From Rhizophagus irregularis (taxonomy: Eukaryota), in contig NC_089429.1 in NCBI RefSeq assembly GCF_026210795.1, positions 4,340,001-4,404,000 of the forward strand: DNA of 64,000 bases, in the 5' to 3' direction. The position numbers were made by a program, and so were the translations under genes. The notes below the pieces were generated by a model. That model saw only the letters and a program-made list of their open reading frames with translations, had not been told where the DNA came from and made no database searches. Position 1 is the first letter of the stretch; each line of letters starts with the position of its first letter. Positions 47,725 through 59,465 of the stretch are shown piece after piece.

Positions 47725-48338
47725 GAGCATAGCGGACATCCCTATTTTATCACAATTTTGTCGATTATTTGTCGATCATTTGTGTGATCTTATCACATAA
47801 TACAAGTGCCGTTCGTTATTTATCAACAGGGAAAAATTTTAGTTAATATACATGGCAAAATAAAATAAAATAAATAATTTACTCTTGTATTTTCAAGATC
47901 TAAATAAAAAGATTTTGTTTTTTTATTAAAAGTTCATTAATAACAAATAATTAGCTAAATTCTCTATAAGTAAAAAACCTGTATTATAGGCCGAAACCCT
48001 GTATTATTTTTTTTGTAAATTATATATGATAAAAGAAATGTTTATGCAAAGTTTTAAGTTTCGGCCTTGCATATTCAGCTCTGGCCATCAATTTTTGTCC
48101 AGTGATCAGCCAAAATTTCAAATTATCACATATTAATAATATAGTATACAAAAATTAAAGAATTATATTAAAATTATGTAATTAAGTTATGTAACAATTA
48201 AGATGCCACACTTTTGATTTATTTTGTTAGGAATTTACTTTGTTAAATACTTTTTTAAAATTTTTAATTGTTTTTAATAATAAGAAAAATGTGATCGGCA
48301 AATGATCGGCAAAGTGATATAAAGCATGTCTGCTATGC
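47725..48338. mobile_element. MITE, possibly MULE-like
   Basis: Ends gagcatagcggacat / atgtctgctatgc; flanking repeat tatatttaa (47716-47724, 48339-48347). Confidence 0.72.
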
Positions 48339-49229
48339 TATATTTAAGTAGGGTTTTGTATTATTTAAAGCAATAAAGAGTTTAACTTGCAGTGTAATTC
48401 TAGTATAAATAGTATAAATGCATTTTATAAATTATAATAACCCGGATTGATATGTTTGGGTTAAAATCTATGGCCCAATCAGAATTTGTTGTTGTAATCA
48501 AGCGATTGATCACATGATTTCGGTATTTATATTTCGCATTTTGTTTATTTTTTTTTTTCCTTTCGTAAAAACCTTTCTCTTAAACTTTTTATTTAAAACA
48601 AACTCTTTACTTGGTTATTATAAAATAATAATATTATTATATTTTTTTATTTATTTTTATATTAGAAATAAACATAAAGGTATATTTTCATTATGCTTGT
48701 TTTTTTCTTTTATATATACATTTTCTATTGACGTTCTAATACTTTTTTTCTTTTCTCTCACTAATGTTTTTTACCACTTATTAACATTTTCTATTAATAT
48801 TAAATACTACTAACATGTTTTTATTAACATTCTCGTATTAATATTTTCTATTTTACTAACTTTTCTTTCTTTCTACTAACATTTTTACTAACATTTTCTA
48901 TATTTACCACTAACGTTTTTATTAACATTTCTATTTTTATTTCTCTTATTAATTAATATACTTACTAATATTTTCACTAATATTTCTTTTAAATGTTAAA
49001 CAGATAATTTTATTATCATTGCTACTTTCAGTAGAACTTTACATATTACATAGTATAATTATTTATTTTTAATGTTTAACTTTATTTGATTTTACGTATG
49101 TAGTAGATAGAGTAAGACTTGTATTATTGTTTAAATTTTAATAAAGTTGAATTTCATTTTATCTGAATTAAAATAAAAAAAAGAGATATATATCTATTAG
49201 TTTTAATATGAAATTTATAGCTACTAACT

Positions 49230-49480
49230 GATGTATTACAAATATTTTACTACCCGATATATGTGTGTTAAATATATGATATCTATAATATATATCACTG
49301 ATATTTGACTACCCAATATGTATAAGATATATACGTGATGTTTACAAGATATGTCACCGATATTTGACTACCCGATATATATAAGATATATACATGATGT
49401 TTACAAGATATGTCACCGATATTTGACTACCCGATATGTGTAAGATGTATATATGATGTTTACAGTATATGTCACCAATT
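49230..49480 (+). repeat. ~60-bp subterminal tandem repeat of the CACTA-type element
   Basis: Repeated gatatttgactacccgatatg...gatgtttacaagatatgtcacc. Confidence 0.8.
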
Positions 49481-50234
49481 TTCTACATTTCTACTACACA
49501 TATCGGGTACCTGATATGTGTAGTATTGTTAAATATCATACACATATATCACATATATTATACACATATCAGGTACCTGATATGTACGAATGTATCCGAT
49601 AGTATTGATTTTGACCAGTATAGGTCCATTTGGCAAGTCAATTTCATGCTTGAAATAATACTGGACTTGTCCAGGATAACGATCGACTTCTCCATCAGTC
49701 GTTATGAATTTGGTTAATATATATGAACTTTTTATGTGTCGAAATGACAACGCGAAGCCAAACACTTCAATCCAATACGACATCTTCCAAATTTATCCAT
49801 TTTTACATGAATAGTTATCGCATCTTGCTCTATAGCATCAGATGGTTTTCGGAAATTATACATTTCATATGTAGCAATATAATAATCGATCATTAAATCG
49901 AGCATTGATTGTGATAATACTACATTTTCAGAAGTAGGTCTTAACATTTCACCAGGAAACGCTTCGCATCCAGTAACAGTAGATTCCTGGATATTTTTTG
50001 AATTTAGCCAAAACCTTTCCATTTCATCTGAAGCGAATTGGTCATTTTCTGATAGTAATCCAACGGTAGGATGATTTTTGAGTAATTCAAAACCTTTCAT
50101 CTGAGCGCTAGAAGTAATGATATCTCTGATTCGGTTATCATTCATTAATCGACGCATTAGTTCTGGTTCAATTTTTCTGTTACTATTCGGTAATGATCCT
50201 AAGGGTTGTATTTAAAAGAAAATTTAAAACCAAC

Positions 50235-50278
<44 letters not shown>
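50235..50278 (+). repeat. (AAT)n microsatellite within an intron of transposase C
   Basis: About 14 AAT units between cctaag (minus-strand acceptor) and cttacc (minus-strand donor). Confidence 0.9.
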
Positions 50279-50279
<1 letters not shown>

Positions 50280-52070
50280 GGCCAGTGTATCTTACCGAGT
50301 ATTCCATTCATACGTTCGAATGAAAAACACTAGAACACATACAATAGGCCGAAATCATGACAACATTCGGACAAATGAAGTGAGAGATGTAGATTCAGCG
50401 TAATTTTATTCCTGCCATATTGTACCTCAATGAGTTTTATTATTTTAACAAGTCGTCTATGGGCTTCCTGCAACATATCGGATTCTATAATCCGACTTAC
50501 CAATATCGAACAAATTCTGACAAAATGAGTCAGAATTTTTCTATCTTCAGCTGAGAGATGGTCCCAAAGCGATACTGTGGCATAAATTGTGAAAAAATTT
50601 CACCACTGGTCAGTAGTGAAGTTAGAAAATCCTTCCCCGCAGTCGATTTTACCAGGAATTCGACCCAAATCGACCGGAACTTGAAATCGATTCATTTGTT
50701 TTTGAACTTCATTGAGCATACTTGAAGTTAAGATTCCCTGATCAACCCAAATTCGCTTCACAATCTATTTGCAATGCCTAAAAATAGACAATGCATTGGA
50801 TTAACGATAGTGAAAACGAATTGAGTCGAAATAAGGCAAGCGAAGTAGTTCTGACCATCTTACTCCAGTCTGTTTAACGAATCTCTTTCTTGATGCGTCC
50901 GAATTACACTGTTGCCAGCCAAGTGCGTTTTGGAGATGTTCGTTTGAATCCCTGCCAACAAACCAATCCTCCATATCTCCCATTCCAGCAAAATTATGCT
51001 GATGATTTTCATAATTTGCCTTTTTCTGGCATTGGTGGCAAGAAACTAATACAGAAACGTGCCCACAAATTTTTCTCGCAGTGGGTATATCGCACGATAC
51101 CATTATCAACGCTGCACGAATTTTTTTTCCTAACTGATGCTCGTATGTTCGATTTAGAATAATCCCTTCCCAGAGGGATGTCAGCTCATTAACAATTGGT
51201 GCAAGGTAATGATTAATTTTATGTAGACTCACTTCGTTCGGACCCAGTAGCATTCCAAGGAGCAGCAAGTTTTCTCGCTTAAATCATATGTTATGCGGCA
51301 AATTACAGATAACTGCATAAATGGCTCTGGTACTATGATTAGTTCCATCGAATGACTGAAACCAGTCAACATTCAACATGAGGCCAAGATGCGAGTCAGC
51401 AACCTCATTTTGGAAAAAATTTAATGAATTATCGTTGTTTGTATCTTTGAATTCTTTCCATATTCGTCCATCATAAATATCGGATAAAATATTATCCGAA
51501 TTTGATCGATTTGCCCAATGTCGGAGGGATTTTTCGAATTCAGGTTGACAAAACATATCAGAAAGTTGTTGTCGAAATCCAGCAAATGGGTATATTGATT
51601 CGGCTTGAACTCTTGAAACATCGATTTGTCATGATAAAGGTGTGTCGCAAGTGCGTGTACCTCAGCGAGATGAGTTTGGGAACTCGATATGGTAGCATTT
51701 CATAACCGATAAACTCTTGTTTGATGAAAGTTTTCTACATCCTGTTTATTATAGAGTTTGTGGCATTTTGTATATGGAACAAATCTCTGAAATTGGTCTT
51801 TTAGGCCAAGTACTTTTTTCGCTAGGTAAAGAGAATCTGGAAAAGTTCTAAAATTTTCACCACCGATTTCGTTTAGAACTATTTTCATGAACTTTATTAA
51901 AGATTCGGTAAGCTTAATTTTTTTTTTCGTTATACCGCAGCTGAAGCTGCAGTAATTATTAATAAGTAATATCACGTGATGCACGTGATATATAATTTTA
52001 TATAAATAGGGGCTTTCCCCCGCCCCAGAATTTTTTTTTTTATTTTAATAATTTTAAATAGATGTATATA

Positions 52071-53360
52071 TAGAGGGCGATCAAAATTATCCGGCCACTT
52101 TGTTTTGGCAAATTTATGCCAATTATGACGTAATAACATGATGTAATCAATACATTATTTTGTATTTATAATCATGATAAACATACCCCTTAACTTCATA
52201 TTTTCTAGAACTTTCTAAAAATATGAAGCCACTTACCCCAAAAACGCGTGGCGCAATTGTTTATGGACATAATTGTGGACAATCAAGTCGTACAATTGCT
52301 AAACAGTTGGGATGTGGGAAAACAACTGTTAATGATATACTTAAGCGCTTTCATGAAACACACTCCTTAACACCAAAAAAACAAACTGGTCGTCCACCCC
52401 TTCTTAATTCACCAGCTCAGCAAAAGCTTAAAGAATTTGTTCAAGAAAATGGTGAAAACCACCGACTTTGCACGAAAAAGCTTGCTACAGTATGAACAGC
52501 ACGTACAGAACAACCTGTTTCTGCTATTACTATACGTCGTAACCTTAAGAAAGTTGGGCTAACAGCTTGTATACCTCGTAAAAAACCTGCACTGTCGAAA
52601 GCACATTGTCAGGCTCGTCTTGAATGGGCCCATGTGCATGAAAATTGGAGTGCAAGAAAATGGAGACGTGTGCTTTTTTCTGATGAAAGCACTTTTACAC
52701 AGTTTCAACAAGGACGTCAGGAAAAGGTATGGCGTGAACCTGGGGAAGAATTAAATCCTGACTGTATTTCAGTTACTGTAAAGCATAGTCCTAGCAAAAT
52801 GTTTTTGGGGTGTTTGACTTGGACTAATTGTTCCATTAAATGGTTCAGTTACTGGTCAAACACACACTATAACCATTAAGGATTATGTTGTACCTACTTT
52901 ACAAAGACATTTTCCACAAGGTAATGGGATTTTCCAAGAAGATAATGCCCCACCACATCGTTCAAAGGTTGCTACGGCTGCACGCAAAAATGCTGGAATT
53001 GTGGTGCTTGATTGGCCTGCCCAAAGTCCTGATCTCAATCCAATTGAAAACTTTTGGGCAGAAATGAAAATGATGGTTTGCCGTCGTACACCACCACCAT
53101 CTAATATTAAAGTGCTTGAAAAATATGTTAAAGATGCGATATTCCTCCTGAATATTATAAAAAATTGGTTAATAGTATGCTTAAGAGAATTGAGGCAGTT
53201 ATTGCTGCAAATGGCAATAGAATTAATTATTAATTTTTACATAATTTAATAAATTAAATCATAAATAAAAACATTGATTTTAAATTTTTATTTTTTTTTC
53301 ATATTTTTATATAAAAATTTTTTATTTTTAAAGTGGCCAGATAATTTTGATCACCCTCTG
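52071..53360 (+). mobile_element. Tc1-type DNA transposon
   Basis: 30-bp TIR tagagggcgatcaaaattatccggccactt / aagtggccagataattttgatcaccctctg, TA flanks. Confidence 0.93.
52223..53233 (+). pseudogene. Tc1 DDE transposase with a stop and frameshifts
   Basis: HTH (SSRTIAKQLGCGKTTV), GRPP, VLFSDES, FQEDNAPPH, WPAQSPDLNPIENFW. Confidence 0.93.
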
Positions 53361-53679
53361 TATATGCTTATATATACATATATATATATCTATTAACTAA
53401 TACTTTACGATAAGCCCCTCCTCTGTAAACAGGTAGAGGCCATAAAGTAACTATAGAGGGAGAGCTATTGCTGCTCCTTCCGCCTGTTTATAGTGACAAA
53501 AAGAGGGAGTCTTCAGTAGTAAAGTTTAGTACTAAATTAAATATCACAACACATCGTATTGATACATTGTTTATATTAACAATATGATTTAATGTTAAAT
53601 AATTCATTTAGAATATAAATATTATAAATTTAATAATGTTCGTAATTTACAAATAAATAAAAATAAAAATTAACAATTT

Positions 53680-54603
53680 TAATGTAATTAAGTGTAATGC
53701 TACGTTATCCAGTGTAATTGTAGTATTTTTTGTGTGTTTTTTAGCGCAATTCCGCGTTTTTTAGTGCAATTCCGCATTTTTTAGTGCAATTCCACATTTT
53801 CTAGCATAATGTTACATTTTCCAGTATAACACGAAATTTTCTAAAAAATATAATAATTGTGGTACTTTTTAGTGTAATGCTACATTGTCTAGTGTAATTG
53901 TGGTATTTTTTAGTGCAATGCCGCATAATTTAGTAAAATGCTACATTTTTTAGTATAATTTAATGTAATGTGGAATTTTCCAAAAAATGTGATAATTGTG
54001 ATGCTTTTTAGTGTAATTTGGTGAAATGCTACATTTTCCAGTGTAATGCCATATTATTGAGCATTTTCAAAAAAAAATGTAACATTTTAACATTCTGACG
54101 AAAGTGAAACATTTGACCAAAAAAACATAAAATTTGCTGAAAATATGCAACATTTGACAAAAAATATAAAATTTTCATAAAAAAATGCACCATTTTCTAG
54201 GAAATCGGAATATTTGACAAAATTTGATTTTAATTGACAATGTTATAACAATTTTATGAAATGTTGTTACAATGATATCACATTGGAGATAAAATGTGGC
54301 ATTTTCATAAAAATGCACCATTTGCAAGAAAATTGGAACATTTGACAAAAAAAAAGTAAAATTTGATTTAATTGACAATGTTATAATAATATTATGAAAT
54401 GTTACATTTGAGATATAATGTAGCATTTTCCCAAATTTTCATAAAATTTATAAAATTTGCTAAATTGGACAATGTTGTAACAATGCTATTCCAAAAAATT
54501 GCTCAGTGTAATGCAACATTTTTCACAATTTCCCACCATTTTCCAGGAAAATGGGGAATTTGCATTTTTTGAATTTTGGACAATGGTGCCCCTTCGACCT
54601 GTG
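53680..54603. mobile_element. Right part of a CACAG-type non-autonomous element with short internal repeats
   Basis: Terminus ttcgacctgtg at 54593-54603; agtgtaatg/aattgtg repeats; left boundary approximate. Confidence 0.6.
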
Positions 54604-56815
54604 TTACTGAATTGTCAAATCCAAGGAGACCAAAAAAACCATATAATAAGGTAAAAAAAGAATTGTTAGAAGCTGTTCGTGAAGATAAAAAAAATAAAAG
54701 AATGAAAAAACATACCAAAATGTCGCATCTAGGATGATGTTTTAATAGATAGTAAGCATTAGTATACTTTGGAAGGTTCACTTCCTACAAAATAATGAAA
54801 TGTTAATACATTTCTTCAAAGTAAACTTTAAAAGAACTGACCTCCACACACTTACCCTGTATCCCAAAAACTACAGAAAGCTGAAATCTAAGAAAAAAAT
54901 TAAAAATTAATTCATTTTTTTTAAAAAAAAATAAAGTTTTGAAGTGTGTTCGAAATGAATTTACTTATCCAAAGTCTAAGAACCGAAGCTAAAACCTACC
55001 AAATAAAAGAAAATAATTAATTAAATAAAAAAAATTTTTGAAAAAAAAGACTCAGAGCTTTCACTTCGAAACTCACCTATCAAAGCCCAAGAACTGAAGT
55101 TGATATCTACAAAACAAAAAAAAATCAATATATAATTTTTTAAAAAAAAATTTTTTAAAAAAAAGAATTTCGAAGTGTTCACTTCGAAACTCACCTATCA
55201 GAACCCATGAACTGACGCTAATACCTACAAATAAACAAAAAAAAAGTTTATTAAAAAAAATATATATTAAATAATAAAAGTTTTGAAGCTTTCACTTCAA
55301 AATTTACCCATCCAAAGTCTATAATCTGAAACCCGAGACCTACAAAATAAAAGAAAAAAAAATTAATTAAAAAAAAACAAATATTTTTAAAAAAAAGCCT
55401 CAAAGCTTTTAGTTTCGAAACTCACCCATTAAAAGTCCATGAACCAAAACCCGAAACCTAAAAATAGAAGAAAAAAATTAAAAAAGATTATTTTAAAAGG
55501 TTTTGAAGCAAAAGCGAAGCTTCAAAACTTACCTAACAAAGCCCAAGAATCAGAAAACGAAACCTATAAAATAAAAAAAAACAAATTAATAAAATTAAAA
55601 AAAAAATTATTTTAAAAGTTTTGAAGCAAAAGCAAAACTTCGAAATTCACCTAACAAAGACCAAGTATCAGAAGCTGAAACCTACAAAATAAAAAAAATT
55701 AATAAATTAAAAAAAAATAACTTTAAAAAAGTTTCAAAGCGAAAGCAAAGCTTCGAAACTCACCTAATAAAAACCAAGTATCAGAAACCGAAACCTACAA
55801 AGTAAAAAAAAAGAAAGTTATTAAAAGTTTAAAACTTTTTTTTAAAAAAAAAAATTTCAAAGCAAAACGCTTCGAAACTCACCTAGAAACCTACAAAATA
55901 AAAAAAAGAAAATTATATAAAAGTTTAAAAAAACTTTTTTAAAAAAAAGTTTCGAAGCATTTGCTTCAAAACTCACTTGACAAAGCCCAAAAATCGGAAG
56001 CCGAAACTTACAAAATAAGAAAAAAAATTTCAAAACTTACCAAATTGAAGCCAATATCAAAATAGAAGAAAAAAAATTAATAAAAAAAAATAATAGTTTC
56101 GAAACGAAACTTTGAAAAAAATAAAAATAAAAAAATAAAAATAATTTTTTTATAGTTTCGCAACGAAACTTTGAAAAGAAAAAAAAAAATTTTTTAAAGT
56201 TTTGTTGTGAAACTTTAAAAGAGTTTTAAATAAAAAATAATAATTTAAAAAATTAAAATAAAAATAATTTTTTTATAGTTTCGCAATGAAACTTTAAAAA
56301 GAAAAAAATTTTTTTTTGAAGTTTCATTGTGAAACTTCAAAAGAGTTTCAAATAATTTAAAAAATTAAAATAAAAATAATTTTTTAAATAAAAAATAATA
56401 ATTTAAAAAATTAAAATAAAAATAATTTTTTAAATAAAAAATAATAATTTAAAAAATTAAAATAAAAATAATTTTTTTATAGTTTCACAATAAAACTTTG
56501 AAGAAAAAAAAAAAATTTTTTAAAGTTTCGTTATGAAACTTCAAAAGAGTTTTAAATAAAAAAAAATAATTTAAAAAATAAAATAAAAAATATTTTTTTT
56601 ATAGTTTCGCAACAAAACTTTGAAAAGAAAAAAAAAAGTTTAAAATTAATTTAAGTTAAAGATTATCTTATCTGTTATATACATGATAATCATTCAGAAA
56701 TAATATTCGTAAAGATTATCATATGTCAAAATTTTGGTCAAAACTTTGTACAGCCGAACTTTAGCCAAAACTTAGCCGAAAGTCACGTGACCAAAAGTTT
56801 TGATTTCGACTAGTG
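54604..56815. mobile_element. Right part of a CACTA element containing the array
   Basis: Terminus caaaagttttgatttcgactagtg at 56815; palindromic gtttcgcaacgaaac repeats at 56095-56640. Confidence 0.7.
54786..56070 (-). repeat. ~115-bp micro-exon/intron tandem array
   Basis: About 12 units; plus strand shows ctcac/cttac (donor), a ~30-nt exon, then ctac/ctat plus A-tract (acceptor); hairpin agtttcgaagc..gcttcgaaact at the donor. Confidence 0.8.
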
Positions 56816-58026
56816 AAGTGCGGCAAAATCAAATTACATAACAGCAATAGCACATTTCCTTGCCACCTTATTAGCAGCCCATCCCCAATTAGAAGAAAAA
56901 TTACATTATTGTGGTGCTTTTAAAATTTCACATGATGCTGAAGATGATTTTAAGAATGTACATCATATTTGCTTCAGATTTGATGAGGTTCTCAAGACAT
57001 TTGGAGTAAGATTTATCAAAAAAAATATGACTGGAAATTTTATTAATAAAAAGAATCTTAAAAATCAAATAAAAGCATCTCAGAATAAAAAAGAAAGGAT
57101 AGATCTTTTGATGAGTGAGTACCTTGATGATAATTCAATTTCACATAGTCCCTATAAAAAATATTTTTGCTAAAATATACTTAAAATAAACTTAAAATTT
57201 TATTTTATATTTAAAATATACTGAAATAGGCAAAAATTAAATATCATTTAAGTATAATTTAAGTATATAATAATATACTTAAAATATTCTTATTTTAAAT
57301 ATCCTTAAAATATACTGAAATGGGCAAAATTTAAATGTAAATTAAATATATTTTAAGTATATATTAAATACAATTTAATTCAAATTTTGCAAAAATTCAA
57401 TTTTCAGTATATTTTAAGTATAAAATAAGAAAATTAAGTATATTTTAAAGAAAATTAAATATATTTTAAACATATTTTAAGTAAAAATTTTTTTTATAGG
57501 GAGTGAGTGGGCAGTTAAATCACGTCAAGAATTTTTGTGAGAACTCGTTAATGACCTAGTAGCAATATTTGAAATGGATAATCCATTATCACACCAAATC
57601 ACCAATTATTTCAAAAATATATACCAACAGAAATGCATTGGGAGGGACTTGATCGTCTTATTACATGTTATCCAGGTGGATTGGAAAGAATTAAAGCAAT
57701 ATACCGGCAAGAGGTTTTAAAAATTGAAAACAGAAATCCTAAAGGTAGAAAAGCGGTAGGAGTAGTTAGAACTAAAGTGAAAGATTATAATAGTAAAAAC
57801 AAATCAAGATAAATTATTGCCAGATCTTCACAACAATAAGTGTAAGCCACAATCTAAACAAAAAAAACATCAAACTATTGAGGCAGAGACGTAAATATTT
57901 TCTGCATTGAAAGTATATAAAAATAAACTACCAGATGATGCTATTGCTTCTATTTGTGAACTTTTATCAGGTATTTGGACTAAAAAAAAAGTACGAGAGT
58001 GGTAGAATTATCATAAGAATAAATAA
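56816..58026 (+). pseudogene. Fragment of a large transposase-like gene (Academ/DUF6589-like by motif) with a homeodomain-like tail
   Basis: SAAKSNYITAIAHFL..CFRFDEVLKTFGVRFIKKNMTG; frame continues after removing the MITE (SHSEWAV); tail WTKKKVREW; family call is an inference. Confidence 0.5.
57150..57501. mobile_element. AT-rich MITE with CCC...GGG ends and 3-bp TSD
   Basis: ccctataaaaaa / ttttttataggg; TSD agt (57147-57149, 57502-57504). Confidence 0.87.
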
Positions 58027-58375
58027 AATGTACTTTTTTCGTAATAAAAAAAAATATTTATGTATTAGTTATATGCTTTGTTTAAATCAATATTATTGTA
58101 ATGGAATAAAAATTATGTAATTGTCGCAAAACTTACTATTTTAATCACCTTTTTACGCTTAAGTAACTTGATCATACGTAAAAAAATACATATAATTGGT
58201 AATTTAAAATAGTGTTTTGACTTTATTTAAGAGTTACATCTGGAGTTAAAACTAAAAAAATAGAAGTAAGTTGGGTATAGTAAAGTTTTTGTAAAAGTGT
58301 TGTATTATAAAAAAGAAGGTTGAAATATTTAGGCAAAAAAATAAAAAGTAGAAGTCCATTAAAGTTTTTATACGT

Positions 58376-58860
58376 TGTAATAACTGAGAACATAATAAAA
58401 TAGAATATAGATAAATAATTAGCTGATGGGTAAATAATTAGCCAATAAAATTATATTTATAATTTAGTTTAGTCACAGAATAGTTATATGATAATATATC
58501 TTTTATTTTCTTAAATTTTTATTAGAAAAAGATATTAAAATGTATAAATACAAGTGAATTTCGTTAGAAATTTCACAGTTCGATTTTTTTTATGAAAATT
58601 AAAAAAAATTAAAATTTAATTCGTTATTCTAATCCCAACACATTCTTTAGCCTTTTCTTATAAGTAAAAGTGCGTAATTGGGAAAACAAATTATTATAAA
58701 AATTATTAAATTTAGAAAAACTATCGCAAATTAAAATTTGGTAAGAAATAATGTTTTGAAATTAATTTTTATTTTAAATCAAGTAAAAATATTATTCGAA
58801 CTCAACATGTCGGTGGCAATATATGATAATTATTTATTATCCTATGGGCGGCGTGTCACA
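58376..58860. mobile_element. TGT...ACA insert with 4-bp TSD (solo LTR or Ginger-like), related to 32895-33545
   Basis: TSD acgt at 58372-58375 and 58861-58864; about 200 bp of inverted homology to 33270-33490. Confidence 0.78.
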
Positions 58861-59035
58861 ACGTTACTCAAAAAAAAAATCATGTTATATTATACAAGCA
58901 TTTTTAGTAATTTATTTGCCAATCATTTTTTAATTAATGATCAGAACATGATCTGACATGACCACTGATTGTTATGTAGAATTTAAATGATAATTTAGGA
59001 ATATGTTTTTTTTCGCATGTCACTTCTCCCTTTTT

Positions 59036-59459
59036 TGGAGGCCCGTTAAAACAGGTATAATCATGTGATTTAAAATTATTATAATTTGATAAATTTTTTA
59101 TAAACTAAAATTAAAGTGAACTTGAAAATCATTAAATAAGTGTATTTTAGCCTGCTATGCGAGTTTACTTAGGTAGAAAAAGTGGATTTTGAACAATGTT
59201 TTTGACTTCACATATGAGCAAATAAATTTTGCTGATCATACCCAAAAAAGGATAGATCAATTTTAACAAAATGAAAAAGTTGAATAAATTGAAAACGGTG
59301 TTCTAAACCCATTTTGTGCTTTAAGTAAACTTGCAAAACAGGTCAAAATGCATTTAATATATGTTTATTTGAAAGGTTTTATATATAACAAAAAGTTTTA
59401 TTTAAAAAAAAGAAAAATTTCAAAAATCACGTGATTCCATCTTGCTTTAACTGTCCCCC
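59036..59459. mobile_element. Degenerate MITE-like inverted-repeat element
   Basis: Imperfect ends ggaggcccgttaaaacagg..aatcatgtgatt vs reversed gggggacagttaaagcaag..aatcacgtgatt; internal inverted repeat about 59145 / 59350. Confidence 0.4.
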
Positions 59460-59465
59460 TTTTTT

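Larger units (their letters stand above)
42538..49620. mobile_element. Non-autonomous CACTA-type element carrying further nested inserts
   Basis: About 31-bp TIR cactggtcaaaatcaattctatcgggtacat / atgtatccgatagtattgattttgaccagta; 3-bp TSD tag/tag; tatcaggtacc subterminal repeats. Confidence 0.92.
41819..51911 (-). mobile_element. CACTA element C (left end plus transposase), interrupted and 5'-truncated
   Basis: Terminus cactggtcgaaatca at 41819; transposase 3' end at 42263 points toward it. Confidence 0.78.
42263..51911 (-). pseudogene. CACTA/EnSpm Tnp2-like transposase of element C (pieces 49621-51911 and 42263-42537)
   Basis: SDIYDGRIWK, LGLMLNVDWFQ, MVSCDIPTARKICGH, FSFERMNGIL, YPGQVQYYF; removing 42538-49620 plus one TSD restores PNGPTEHYLAF. 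Confidence 0.88.

Noticed and set aside
48091..48104. tttgtccagtg as the right TIR of the element starting at 45499
   Set aside because: Poor match beyond 7 bp, no TSD (ttt vs atc), and it lies inside a separate MITE
46277..48813. Hydrophobic ORFs 46277-46528 and 48514-48813 as membrane proteins
   Set aside because: Artefacts of T-rich introns and low-complexity DNA
53405..53518. Possible tiny pogo-related MITE (contains gtaactatagagggag, as in the TIR at 31114-31129)
   Set aside because: The left TIR is too degenerate to define boundaries or a TSD
41819..56815. Termini at 41819 and 56815 as the two ends of one intact CACTA insertion
   Set aside because: 3-bp flanks differ (ttc vs aag) and the flanking genes are unrelated
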